The position numbers were made by a program, and so were the translations under genes. A model generated the notes under the pieces. It worked only from the letters and a program-made list of their open reading frames with translations, was not told where the DNA came from and made no database searches. Shown here in pieces: positions 37,715-49,125 of a DNA stretch of 64,000 nucleotides (position 1 is the first letter of the stretch; each line of letters opens with the position of its first letter). Source of the DNA: Saccostrea cucullata (Eukaryota). The DNA is taken from the NCBI RefSeq assembly GCF_032062105.1, contig NW_026932596.1:124001-188000 (forward strand). Direction: 5' to 3'.

Positions 37715-38575
37715 TATGCAAAATCCGAGCAGGGCAAATATGGTCCTCCAAACCTCAGAGATAGGACCAGGTGCTATGGAGGAGTGAGCATCCAGTGCCT
37801 ATTGGCCACACCCACTGTGTGCTCATTGCCATGATCGGTATATATATATATACATTTGCAAATGTTTTCCATTATTTAACACTAGCAAAAGCAATGCGTA
37901 TCTATAACTGTATAATTACATGCACGGGGTCAAGAGGTAATAGATGTGCGTATGGATAAACTTTCGACGTCATTCCTCAGTGACGTCATAAATGGTCGAC
38001 GTGCGTTGAATTGATTACATATATACCGTTGGGTTTGCAAAATAATGCATTTCACACATTAAAAGTCACAATCAGGCAAATATAAAGTATGAATAAGTTA
38101 CAAATGTAAATATAAGTAATAAGGTATCATTTCAAAACATCTATCGAGCTATAAATACGGGTTGGTACGAGATTAAATTCATCATAAAGCCCGAAGGGCT
38201 TTATGGAATTTAATCTCGTGACCAACCCGTATTTATATCCCAAAAGATGTTTAAAAATGATACCTTATTTCTTAAATAATATCTTGCCTAACAATTAGTA
38301 TAAAAAAAACGTCAGACAGTATTTGACAAAATTATAAATTCAGTATGCTTACAAGGCCATTGTTACTATCGTAGAAGTAACAAAATGATGACTTTTTACA
38401 GGACTGCTGATATTCTTTAATATATAACTTTATCCTTGCAACAACTTTTTTGTCAAAAATTTACGTCATATAAGAAAGTTGTTCACACGTTGAGCATGCT
38501 ATTGGTATCGAAATAACTGAAAGATATAAACCCCGTGTCCAAGTAATGAAGATTTATAACTTCATATGTAAGGAA
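37715..38575 (-). mobile_element. Penelope-like 3' fragment split by a palindrome-ended element
   Basis: caggtgctatggaggagtgagcatcc at ~37770; continuation at 38280-38575 with gtatcgaaataactgaaagatataaacccc. Confidence 0.55.
37830..38279. mobile_element. Non-autonomous element with ~160-nt terminal palindrome (Crypton-like, tentative)
   Basis: Imperfect hairpin 38113-38274 centred on aaagcc-cGAAg-ggcttt; same tataag...cttaaataa ends as the 19.2-kb hairpin. Confidence 0.5.
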
Positions 38576-39099
38576 ATTTGACAATATAAAAATAAAATAC
38601 ATCATGTTTATCACATGAAATCACTCAGTTTTGAAAGATATCGATATTACTTAACCCTAATTTGTCGTTGTCCTTTATGTTTCATAGAACGTGTAGCGCT
38701 GTTTAATAAGTTAAATTTTATTAACACTTACAGGCAACTTATATGAATTGTACAAATTGCAAGACAAGACATTTTGACAAAACATGTACAGATGACTTTA
38801 GCAACAGTTAAATATAACAAATGCACTGATATGAGTCATAAAAGAAAAAGTGATATCAAATAATGAATAATAAAAATAGATCGAAGTAAAATAAAAAAAA
38901 AAAGGATATATCATATAAGCAAAATTTTAACATCATAACTATCGATATAAAACTATACTGTTAAAACAAAATATTTAATACTTATTATACCACAAAAGAC
39001 AATCAAGTCCTTTAAAGATACTTGGACACAGATTTGAAGTCAATATTACAACTTACATATTTTAATAGCATTTCACACAAAAATTAATGAAAAATCTTA

Positions 39100-39449
39100 T
39101 TTTATTCAGAGTAGAAATGTTAGAAAGCAAAACTCATTCTAAAATATCGTCATTCCGAAATAAGAGTTGAGTACAGAGTTTCACACAAAAACTAATTAAA
39201 AATCTTATTTCATTTAAAAGTTATAAAAACTTCAAATTTTTGGGCGGGTTTGATTGACACATCCTTGCACTTTCACAAATTCGAACCTCATTCTTAATCC
39301 TTTCGAAAAGTTGCAATCTTGTTGTGTATTAATAAGAACTATTAAAATTGTTATCCAGAAAAATAATTTTATTCAGAGTAGAAATGTTAAAAAGCAAAAC
39401 TCATTCACAAGTATCGTCATTCCGAAATAAGAGTTGAGTACAGAGTTTA
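39100..39449. repeat. ~80-bp direct repeat pair
   Basis: tttattcagagtagaaatgtta..aagcaaaactcattc...ttgagtacagagttt at ~39100 and ~39368. Confidence 0.8.
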
Positions 39450-39814
39450 GCAAATCGAGCACACTTGTATTATGTACACAGTTTTTTTTTTAAACAGGGC
39501 ACGAGTTCTGTTACTGTTGATGTTTATAATTCACCGGATGCGTTCAATCGTCACAGTCTGCTTACCACAACTGCGGACGGACAATGATATTGTGTGTGTG
39601 TTTCGCTTTCGAACATACTCTGAATTTTCTGGATTATAGTATTAATATTTTCATTCATAGACAACGAGATTGCCACTGTTCCTAAGGATTGGGAATAGAA
39701 TTAATTTGTGAAAGAGCTAGGATGTGTCAATCAAACCCACCAAAAATTATAGAGAATATACAGATTATAGAGAAAATAATAGCTTCGTATTTGTGTCTAA
39801 GTACATTGTACCTT

Positions 39815-40122
39815 TACAATACAAAATACATTATATTGTGCAGCAAAATATATCAGCTGAGAAAAAGACAATGAGTTCGGAAAGGGTTTTACGTAAAAAA
39901 ACAGTGACATGTAAGAATGTTATATCACAAAAACATACATTTAGACTCCTTTATACAATACAAAATACAATACAAAATACATTATATTGTGCAACAAAAT
40001 ATATCAGCTGAGAAAAAGACAATGAGTTCGGAAAGGGTTTTACGTAAAAAAAAAAAAACAAAAAAACAGCGACATGTAAGAATTTTATATCACAAAAACA
40101 TACATGTATTTAGACTCCTTTA
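39815..40122. repeat. Tandem duplication, two copies of ~150 bp
   Basis: tacaatacaaaatacattatattgtgc...gagttcggaaagggttttacg...tttagactccttta occurs twice. Confidence 0.85.
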
Positions 40123-42498
40123 ATTTGGAAATTAATATAATCCTTTTCTTTTATTACAGATATATCAAGTTCTTGATAGTTATGTACATCATCGTCCGGT
40201 ACTGATTTATTATTCATTCTGTTCATGTATGTTTCCGAATTCCCTCTTATATCATTCCAGACTTGGGCGATGCGTTTTCTAGAATAATGAATTTTAAAAA
40301 GGTTCTTATTTAAAAAAATACATGTATTAACAATAAAGTCTTCATTTCAATCAAGAAGCAATCAAGAAAAACTTAGAACTTTTCATAGGAAATATCGTCT
40401 CGATTAGGACGTAACACATCAATGAACCATAAAAGTGCTAGGTATGGAGCGGTTATATGACACTTCACATCCAATTTATTTAAAGGAACATTTAAAATCC
40501 ACTTTCGACCTGCTAAGAAAAAGACTAAGGGATTTTGCTATTAGCAAAGTAATGCATTTTACAAGAAATACTGTGCCTCAAATGTCAAACTCAAAAAAAA
40601 AAATCCTTAAGCTCAATTAGGGACTGTTTGATTAATTTAAATCTCTTTGATTCGTTGCATCAACAGATAAAAGTCTTTTTGAAAATTGTTTTAAAAAATA
40701 TGATATGCAGAATTGTATGAATTGATATTTTTAAACTTGTACGTTGAGAGAAAAAGAATACACTGAATGAACTCTTGCATGAAAAAAGACACCAAAAGCT
40801 AGAAATAAGCATTTATTGGTTTAACATTGGTTGCAATAAAATACCCCTTTCACCCTATTTGGGAGTTGAACTATATTCAGTCTCCCTTGGTCATTACGCA
40901 TTTTACATCCGCAGTAATTTACATAAACATCCGCCACAAATAGTTCATGTCAATTTCTCCTGAATTGATCTAATCTTTATAATTTGAAATGTTAGTTAAT
41001 GCAATGATAACGTAATCTTATTTTGATTATTAAATTTCGTTCAAAGTAAAACTAAATCATAATGAACCTCAAAATTATTTTCGTAATGGAACTCATTTTT
41101 AGTGTAGCGTCATCTATAAACACTGAAAGAGATACGATCGACAACTCCACATACGACGGCAAGCGGTAAATCGAGTCTTCCCGACGCCCAACGGTCCCGG
41201 ATTTTGGATTTTTTACAATTTCTTTTTTACCAGTGCACATAATTTATTCAAACTTTTCATGAACATTTTCTTGGTTTAAATGAATTCATTAATGCATAAA
41301 AACTTTAGAACAATTCGTAGTTATTACTAAATCAGCAGTATCACCTGCAAAAAAAATGGTTAATCTAGTATTCTGTTATAAATGTTAAAACCAAAGACGA
41401 ACACCGACGTTTTCGTAGAGTCGCGATTAAAAACAACAAAATGAAGTATATCTTTTTTTTTAATAAAAGAAAAACCTCAGATAAATTTACCAGATAACTT
41501 CTATGTACACAAAATCTCACATATACCAATGTTCTTATGTTTGTCTAAAATAAGTGTTTTTAACTTGGTTTTGCTTTTTTCTTCACAATATTAAAAAAAA
41601 TTAAGTTCTGACGTACCACATATATAATGTTTGTCTAACTGAAATACATTTATATTCACAGAAAAGATTTATTTAACAAACCTGTTATCTCTTAAAAGGA
41701 TGCTGTGTGAAAATCACAATTTTATCAACATTGATATTATTCCTGTGAAACTGAAATTTTCAAAACATATGGGTAAAGGTACCAAGGAAAAATATATAAC
41801 AAATTGGACTTTCAAGATGAACTAGAGGTACTGTGAGCAGTGAATTATATAATGATCACCGCCTCTAATATGAATATAATGACAGTGTCAATGTTTGGCA
41901 AAAGGAAACCCAAGATATGTGTAGTGTCGTGTCTCCCTTTTGGGTGACCGCACTTATTTTGGGAATTTATAAAACTCGCTGGCGTAGTGAGAGACCTTTA
42001 GATAATATGGTTCTGCTTTTCAGCCATCAGGTCCAGTTAAAGCTTGGCTGCGCTGTAATTTGGAAAAGCAAAGCGTTGATGAAATTAAAAACGATACATC
42101 TTTATTAACGTCTCCGAATAGAATGTACAATAAATAGTCACCAGGCACAATAAAATAAATGATTGTTAGTTGCTCGAGGCATTACAAATAAGCGTGCACT
42201 AACCTACCTAACATCTGGTGACTCATAGAGTGATTAAACAATATTAGAAATACTCACTCTGTATTATAAAAATCTAAACAATGTTATTTCCAACCGAAAT
42301 ACTAAAACTCGGAACATCTGTTCATACTGGATACATTAAAATTTACCTCCCTCGACTGGAGAGTTCAATAATAATAGTAGAGTCAAACAAACTAAGACAT
42401 TATATTTCCGGCATAAAACTAATGTGCGGTAAAACATACCGAATTTTAAACCTACACGTCTATTTACAACTAAACTACAGAAATACATCAAACCTCTA

Positions 42499-42529
<31 letters not shown>

Positions 42530-42719
42530 AAAATCAACTATATATCAAATATAAATGCCCTGATCTCAACACAATATAATACTTTCAAAATAATGTAACT
42601 TTCTGTCTATAGATATTTAATGAAAGCTCAATTTTTGTAAACTTCAGAAATTAAAGAAATATGTTGATAATTTATTAATTAACAATTTCTAATTATTTTT
42701 TTCAAATCTGTAATATGGA

Positions 42720-43472
42720 TGTCACAACTGACCTCAAGTTGTGATGGATTCTTTATAGAATTTACTAACCAAAATAAATAATATTTTGGAAGACCTCCTG
42801 TGTACCAAGAAACAACAAGATTTATAAAAATTAACAATAAATTTATCTACATATGTACAATAAACATGAAACCGGCCAAAAGTTCAATCATGGTCATCAC
42901 TGGACAAATTCACACTCCACACCACGTCCATGGTCCACCATATTGTCCATGTTGTCCACCATAGTGTCCCGTCCGGTCCACCATATCCTAAGTAGCCTTA
43001 TTACGTAACAAATCCTCCCGTCCGAATAAAGATTATATACAATTCTGGTCACTGAGCTGTGGCATTTTACAGATAAAAATTATACTGTCGGCCCCCAGGT
43101 CTTGCTCTCAACGCCGCTACAAAACATCCCTGAATCCCAAGATCACACAGCAGGGGAAACAGCTAAAACACACCCAAGTTCACACAGCATGGGTTATATA
43201 AAAGGCACACCCAAGATCACTAAGCATGGGTAACTCACGGCGTCCAGACCTCTTCTGACAAACACTAGCCAACACCCAGTATAAATAACTGACCAAACTA
43301 CTCAAACGGGTTCGACGAGTATACGTTGATATAAATAGCAACAAGTACAACCCAGTGACCAATAGTGCGTAAATGAAATAAACGATAACTCCTAATGCCC
43401 AAATACAGATAACTCTTACCAAAACCTGGACAATAGCTAATATTAAACATTGACACAATGTCACTTGTGACA
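42720..43472 (-). repeat. 3' LTR
   Basis: tgtcacaa...ttgtgaca; matches 48209-48961 with one visible mismatch (43001 T vs 48490 C). Confidence 0.97.
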
Positions 43473-43475
43473 ATA

Positions 43476-43486
43476 CCTCCCTTCTT
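43476..43486 (-). promoter_or_regulatory. Polypurine tract
   Basis: AAGAAGGGAGG 3 nt upstream of the 3' LTR. Confidence 0.85.
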
Positions 43487-43557
43487 AAGACACAAAATGC
43501 AATTTTGTGACAAAAATGGAAAACTATGTACACAACAAAGTCTTTATGAACACGAAC

Positions 43558-46500
43558 TTACTCAGGAACAACACGACTGAGAAAATCAGCTCCAATATTA
43601 TCTACACCTCTAATAACCTCAGTTCTAAAGTTGAACGCTTGTAGAAAAAGAGACCATCTCATCAATCTGCCGTTTGAAGCTTTAGTCTTTTGTAAATGAA
43701 GTAGTGGTCTGTGATCTGTCTCCACAACAAACGCTCTTCCATACAAGTAAGACTGAAATTTCTGTATAGCCCATACGACAGCAAGACACTCTTTCTCCAC
43801 CACCGAATAACGTTGTTCTCTGTCTAGCAGCTTCCGGCTTGCGTACGCAACAGGAAATGTACGTCCATCATGCTTCTGCATCAGTACTGCACCAACTCCA
43901 TGATTAGATGCATCAGTTCTTAAGATGAATGGCTTCGTCAAATCTGGTAATCTGAGAATTGGACTATAAAGCAACATGGATTTTAAACTCTTAAATGAAT
44001 TATCATGTTCTTGTTTCCAGTCAAATTTGTTTGGAACACCTTTCTTGGTTAAATCAGTTAAAGGAGCAGCAATGGTGGAAAAGTTTGGCACAAATTTTCT
44101 GTAATAGCCAATCAAACCAAGGAAAGATCTAACCTGCTTCTTTGTCTCTGGCCTTGGTGCTTCTTGGATAGCTCTCAGCTTCTTGTTGGTTGGCTGTAAG
44201 GTACCTCCTCCAATAACATGACCCAAGTACTCTAGTCTCGTCTGCGCTAGCTCACATTTGGATGGTTTTGCTGTTAATTGCGCTCTCTGTAGTCTCTCCA
44301 GCACTTTTCTCAGTTCTGTAATATGTTCTTCAAAAGTTTCTGTATGAATAAGAATGTCATCAACAAAACTATCAGTATGCTCTAAACCTTTTAGAATTCT
44401 CCGCATGAGTCTATTAAAAGTAGCTGGGCTGTTCTTCATACCGAAGGGCATTACTTTAAACCTGTACAAACCATCTGGTGTTAAAAATGATGTTAAGTCT
44501 CTATCTTCTTCTCTCATTGGAATCTGCCAATATCCCTTACATAAGTCAAGTTTAGAAAAGAAACGACTATTGCTTATTTTAGTCATGATTTCATCTGGAT
44601 CTGGCATTGGTTCTGGATCAAAAATCGTTACCTTGTTCAAGTTACGAAAATCCACACATATTCTCTGGCTACCATCGGACTTCTTTGCCACGACAATCGA
44701 ACTAGCATACGGTGATTCTGATGGTTCGATGATATCCATGTCAATCATATGCTGTATTTCTTCTCGGACTGCACTTCTGACTGCATACGGTATCTGATAT
44801 GGTCTGTTTCTGATTGGTTCTTTGGTAGTGAGATGAACTTCATGCTGGATAACATTCGTTCTACCAGGTAGATCTGTTAAAACTTCCTGAAATTCATGTA
44901 AAACATCATTTATGTTTTCAAGCTGATCTGATGACAGTGAATGATTTACCTTGACATCTGTGAATGATTCTGTTGCCTTCATTGGAAGAAGATGTAACAA
45001 ATGTTCATTACTTGAGTCCTCTGTTTCTTCCGATTCCAAAACGACACAAGATGCTAAAGTTGTTGGCGAGTCTGTATTCCTTTCCTCTCGAACATTGTAT
45101 TTCTTCAATAAATTTGCATGAAACAAACGAATATGTCCATTCATATCTATCTGGTAATCAGTTTGTCCTTTTCTATCAACTACTTTGAAAGGTCCTTTCC
45201 ACTGCATTAAAAGTTTGTTATGGTCTGTTGGAAGCAAAAGAAGAACGAAATCACCAACCTTGAATGATCTCGGCTTTGTCCTTTTATCATAATGTTTCTT
45301 GTAATGGTCTTTGGACTTCTGAAGTTCTCTCTGAGCCAGCTCACACGTTCTTGCCAATCGCTCCTTCAGGTCAAGCACATACTGGTAAGTAGTTTTCACT
45401 TCCGGATCCTTCTCCTCCTTCGTCCACAGTTCCTTTAAAACTGCCATAGGTCCCCTAACATTACGTGCATAAACAAGATCAAATGGAGAAAATTTAGTGC
45501 TTTCTTGTGGAACTTCTCGATAAGCAAATAACAATGCTGGTAAATATCTATCCCAGTCTTTTGGTCTTTCAGAACTCATTTTCCTTAACATTGACTTCAA
45601 AGTACCATTGAACTTTTCTACTAGTCCATTACATGCTGGATGGTATGGAGTTGTTACTAATTGCTTAAATGATAAAAGTCGACCCACCTCTTTCATGATG
45701 TTGGAGGTAAATTGCGTACCCATGTCTGACAGTACTTCTTTTGGAATGCCAACTCTGCTGAATATCTCTACCAACGCTTCTGCCACCGTCTCTGTATCGA
45801 TGTTCTTCAATGCAACCGCCTCTGGATACCTAGTACTGTAATCTACAACAGTCAAAATGTATCTATTGCCTTTGTCAGTAATTGGAGAAAGCGGACCTAC
45901 CAAATCTACGGCTACCCGTTCAAATGGTGTATCAATAAGTGGCATTTTCTCCAACGGAATCTTCGTCACTTTGCCCTTAGGAAATGTTCTTTGGCATATG
46001 TCACATGATTGGCAATATCTCGTCACGTCACCCTGGATTCCAGGCCAATAGAAATTCGACATGATACGGTCTAGAGTCTTCTTTGTACCAAGATGTCCGC
46101 CTAGGATACTGTCGTGCGCAATCTTCATAACTTTCTGTCGCAAAGGTTCTGGAACAACAAGTTGTTTATACAGTTTTTGATCACTAACCTTTTTTGAATG
46201 ATAATGTCTGTACAACAGTCCTCTTTCAACACTAAACCATGTCTCTATATTTTCACCTATGTTCTTCTTTCTGCCAGTCGCTGCATGCTCACGATACACT
46301 TTCAAGGAAGAATCGTCCATCTGAAGTTGCTTCATCTGATCAATTGTCATATCAGTATCCACTAAATCTGTAACTTTTAGCTTTTTCATACCTTTGTCTT
46401 CTTTTTTCTTTTGATTTCTTGTCTGTACAGCTTGAAGAATTTGACTACACCCTTCGCTTTCGTCCTTTCTACACCACTGTGGATCAGGATCCGTCTGATT

Positions 46501-47997
46501 TCTGGCACCATCGATGTTACCTATAATAAGATCGTAAACAGGTTCTTTCATACATAAAGCATTGATATTACCTGTGAAATAGGGAGTGTCGACATAGATG
46601 GAAGCTTCCTCTACTGTACGAACTGTGCCGTCTATCAAAACACATTTCTGCACTTGTCCAGTCAGCTGATCATCTGTAACCAAATCTCTCTTCACAACAA
46701 CACCACTACAACCTGAGTCTCTTAACACTTTAACAAAGTTCTCACCAACATAACCCATAGCAACGGGCATCTTTTCACAAACCTTACAGACACCTCCAAT
46801 AACAGGTAATACGTGTCCACATGCAAGTTTAACAAGTCCATCTGTGACACAACACTGCAACAGTTTATGTTGAGGGATGCATGCTGATCCTATGTGAGGC
46901 TGATTTTGATGCGATATTGCGTTGTCCGTCCTTACTTCAGCAGAATTCTGTAAGTTGGAACTAGAATTGTTATTAGATTTTATGCAATTCAACTCACAGT
47001 TATGTTGACTCTGTAACATCGCAGCCTTGTGAGTATTGTGCGAAGTAGGTACTGCTCGAGGAATCTTCTGCTTGGAGAAACAATTTCTTGCCAAATGTCC
47101 ACTTTTCCCACAGATGTAACATTTCCGTTCACCTTTTTGCTGTAGTGATCCTTGGTACGTCTGTTGCTTTTGAATGGATCCATTGCTATTACTCTGAACG
47201 CTAGAAGTGCTTGATGGTTGCTTCTGAAAAACTTGAAAGTCTTTAGTGAATGAAGTATAACCATGAGCTTCAATAAATTGGTCTGCGAGATTTGACATTT
47301 CTTCTACGGTTTTTAGATGTCTTTCTTTAAGATACATTCCCAACTGCTTACTACAACTGTTCAAAAACTGTTCTCTTAAACACAAATCTTTAAGACCGTC
47401 ATATGTTTTAGGACTATCTGCTAAAGACAACCATTTCTCTACATAATTGTTCAGCCTAGCAAAGAATTGTGAAGGATTCTCACCCTGTTCTGGTCTGCTG
47501 GAACGGAACTTGACACGAAACCCTTCTTCCGTCAGTTGAAAACGCCTTAACAACGATTGTTTCAAGGAACCATAGTTCAAAGCCTCTGAAACTGGAAGTC
47601 TAGAATAAACCTCAAGAGCTTTACCTTTCAGGAGAGCACTAAGATTAATCGCCCATGAAGACTGTTCCCACTTAGCACACGAAGCAAACCTTTCGAATCT
47701 CTGTAAATATGAATCAATACAATCTTTAGATTCATCAAATGGAGGTAACTTTGGCAACTTAGCAAGCGATTGAGAAGCAAGACCCAATGGACCTACAGCT
47801 AGTTCTCCAGCTTTTAATTTTTGTAATTCAGTTTCCTTCTTAAGTTTTTCTAATTCAATTTCGCTCTCAATCTTTCTCGCTTCTCTCTCTGCTGCCCTTT
47901 CCGCCCTTTCAAAATATTCTCTCTCTTTTCTGTCAACAAACTCTTGTAACTCAGTTCCTTGCAAACCTAACTCTTTTCCTAATTGTAAATACTCCAT
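43558..47997 (-). CDS. Gag-Pol polyprotein: SCAN-like capsid, CCHC knuckle, protease, integrase, RT, RNase H
   Basis: Likely start MEYLQLGKELG at 47997 (the ORF track extends to 48132); CYICGKSGHLARNC; LRDSGCS; AHDSILGGH..CQSCDIC and rve core; RT LDLCKGYWQ, MPFG, FVDD; RNase H TDAS, EKECLA. Confidence 0.95.
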   Translation of the reverse strand: MEYLQLGKELGLQGTELQEFVDRKEREYFERAERAAEREARKIESEIELEKLKKETELQKLKAGELAVGPLGLASQSLAKLPKLPPFDESKDCIDSYLQRFERFASCAKWEQSSWAINLSALLKGKALEVYSRLPVSEALNYGSLKQSLLRRFQLTEEGFRVKFRSSRPEQGENPSQFFARLNNYVEKWLSLADSPKTYDGLKDLCLREQFLNSCSKQLGMYLKERHLKTVEEMSNLADQFIEAHGYTSFTKDFQVFQKQPSSTSSVQSNSNGSIQKQQTYQGSLQQKGERKCYICGKSGHLARNCFSKQKIPRAVPTSHNTHKAAMLQSQHNCELNCIKSNNNSSSNLQNSAEVRTDNAISHQNQPHIGSACIPQHKLLQCCVTDGLVKLACGHVLPVIGGVCKVCEKMPVAMGYVGENFVKVLRDSGCSGVVVKRDLVTDDQLTGQVQKCVLIDGTVRTVEEASIYVDTPYFTGNINALCMKEPVYDLIIGNIDGARNQTDPDPQWCRKDESEGCSQILQAVQTRNQKKKEDKGMKKLKVTDLVDTDMTIDQMKQLQMDDSSLKVYREHAATGRKKNIGENIETWFSVERGLLYRHYHSKKVSDQKLYKQLVVPEPLRQKVMKIAHDSILGGHLGTKKTLDRIMSNFYWPGIQGDVTRYCQSCDICQRTFPKGKVTKIPLEKMPLIDTPFERVAVDLVGPLSPITDKGNRYILTVVDYSTRYPEAVALKNIDTETVAEALVEIFSRVGIPKEVLSDMGTQFTSNIMKEVGRLLSFKQLVTTPYHPACNGLVEKFNGTLKSMLRKMSSERPKDWDRYLPALLFAYREVPQESTKFSPFDLVYARNVRGPMAVLKELWTKEEKDPEVKTTYQYVLDLKERLARTCELAQRELQKSKDHYKKHYDKRTKPRSFKVGDFVLLLLPTDHNKLLMQWKGPFKVVDRKGQTDYQIDMNGHIRLFHANLLKKYNVREERNTDSPTTLASCVVLESEETEDSSNEHLLHLLPMKATESFTDVKVNHSLSSDQLENINDVLHEFQEVLTDLPGRTNVIQHEVHLTTKEPIRNRPYQIPYAVRSAVREEIQHMIDMDIIEPSESPYASSIVVAKKSDGSQRICVDFRNLNKVTIFDPEPMPDPDEIMTKISNSRFFSKLDLCKGYWQIPMREEDRDLTSFLTPDGLYRFKVMPFGMKNSPATFNRLMRRILKGLEHTDSFVDDILIHTETFEEHITELRKVLERLQRAQLTAKPSKCELAQTRLEYLGHVIGGGTLQPTNKKLRAIQEAPRPETKKQVRSFLGLIGYYRKFVPNFSTIAAPLTDLTKKGVPNKFDWKQEHDNSFKSLKSMLLYSPILRLPDLTKPFILRTDASNHGVGAVLMQKHDGRTFPVAYASRKLLDREQRYSVVEKECLAVVWAIQKFQSYLYGRAFVVETDHRPLLHLQKTKASNGRLMRWSLFLQAFNFRTEVIRGVDNIGADFLSRVVPE

Positions 47998-48187
47998 GGT
48001 TACAATATGCAACACAACAACAAACAACAAATGTGAAAATAAGAAAATGACAAAATGCATATGAAAAAAATAGTTTGTACAAAACCTGCCAAAAAAAAAA
48101 CAATTCAAACAATAGAAATAATATTCAATCAAAGCTTTTTCTACAAAACGTGAAAATAATGCAGGTATATTTGGTAACAGGAAGTCT

Positions 48188-48205
48188 ATCCCACCGCTGC
48201 CACCA
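48188..48205 (-). promoter_or_regulatory. Primer-binding site complementary to tRNA-Leu 3' end
   Basis: TGGTGGCAGCGGTGGGAT lies 3 nt inside the 5' LTR and is complementary to the metazoan tRNA-Leu(AAG) end ATCCCACCGCTGCCA-CCA. Confidence 0.9.
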
Positions 48206-48208
48206 AAA

Positions 48209-48961
48209 TGTCACAACTGACCTCAAGTTGTGATGGATTCTTTATAGAATTTACTAACCAAAATAAATAATATTTTGGAAGACCTCCTGTGTACCAAGAA
48301 ACAACAAGATTTATAAAAATTAACAATAAATTTATCTACATATGTACAATAAACATGAAACCGGCCAAAAGTTCAATCATGGTCATCACTGGACAAATTC
48401 ACACTCCACACCACGTCCATGGTCCACCATATTGTCCATGTTGTCCACCATAGTGTCCCGTCCGGTCCACCATATCCTAAGTAGCCTTACTACGTAACAA
48501 ATCCTCCCGTCCGAATAAAGATTATATACAATTCTGGTCACTGAGCTGTGGCATTTTACAGATAAAAATTATACTGTCGGCCCCCAGGTCTTGCTCTCAA
48601 CGCCGCTACAAAACATCCCTGAATCCCAAGATCACACAGCAGGGGAAACAGCTAAAACACACCCAAGTTCACACAGCATGGGTTATATAAAAGGCACACC
48701 CAAGATCACTAAGCATGGGTAACTCACGGCGTCCAGACCTCTTCTGACAAACACTAGCCAACACCCAGTATAAATAACTGACCAAACTACTCAAACGGGT
48801 TCGACGAGTATACGTTGATATAAATAGCAACAAGTACAACCCAGTGACCAATAGTGCGTAAATGAAATAAACGATAACTCCTAATGCCCAAATACAGATA
48901 ACTCTTACCAAAACCTGGACAATAGCTAATATTAAACATTGACACAATGTCACTTGTGACA
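48209..48961 (-). repeat. 5' LTR
   Basis: Direct repeat of 42720-43472, adjacent to the PBS. Confidence 0.97.
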
Positions 48962-49125
48962 ATGGAAAAGCAAAGCATGGATGAGATATTAAAAACGATA
49001 CAACTTTATCAACGTCTCCGAAAAGAATGGCTGAGGAACGGGTGCAATTCCATTCGGAGACCCACTCTTGCCGTAAATTATTTTTAACCAATCAAATTAT
49101 TTTTCTTTGTTAAATTGTATTATAA

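Larger units (their letters stand above)
42720..48961 (-). mobile_element. Intact Gmr1-like Ty3/Gypsy LTR retrotransposon
   Basis: 753-bp TG...CA LTRs, 5-bp TSD ATGGA (42715-42719 / 48962-48966), tRNA-Leu PBS, PPT and a single open gag-pol. Confidence 0.97.

Noticed and set aside
39601-39610. ISRE-like GAAANNGAAA motif
   Set aside because: Expected by chance in AT-rich DNA, and no linked promoter was identified.
47998-48132. N-terminal 45-aa extension of the Gag-Pol ORF
   Set aside because: T-rich leader opened at a non-ATG codon; the first convincing Gag start is MEYLQLG at 47997.
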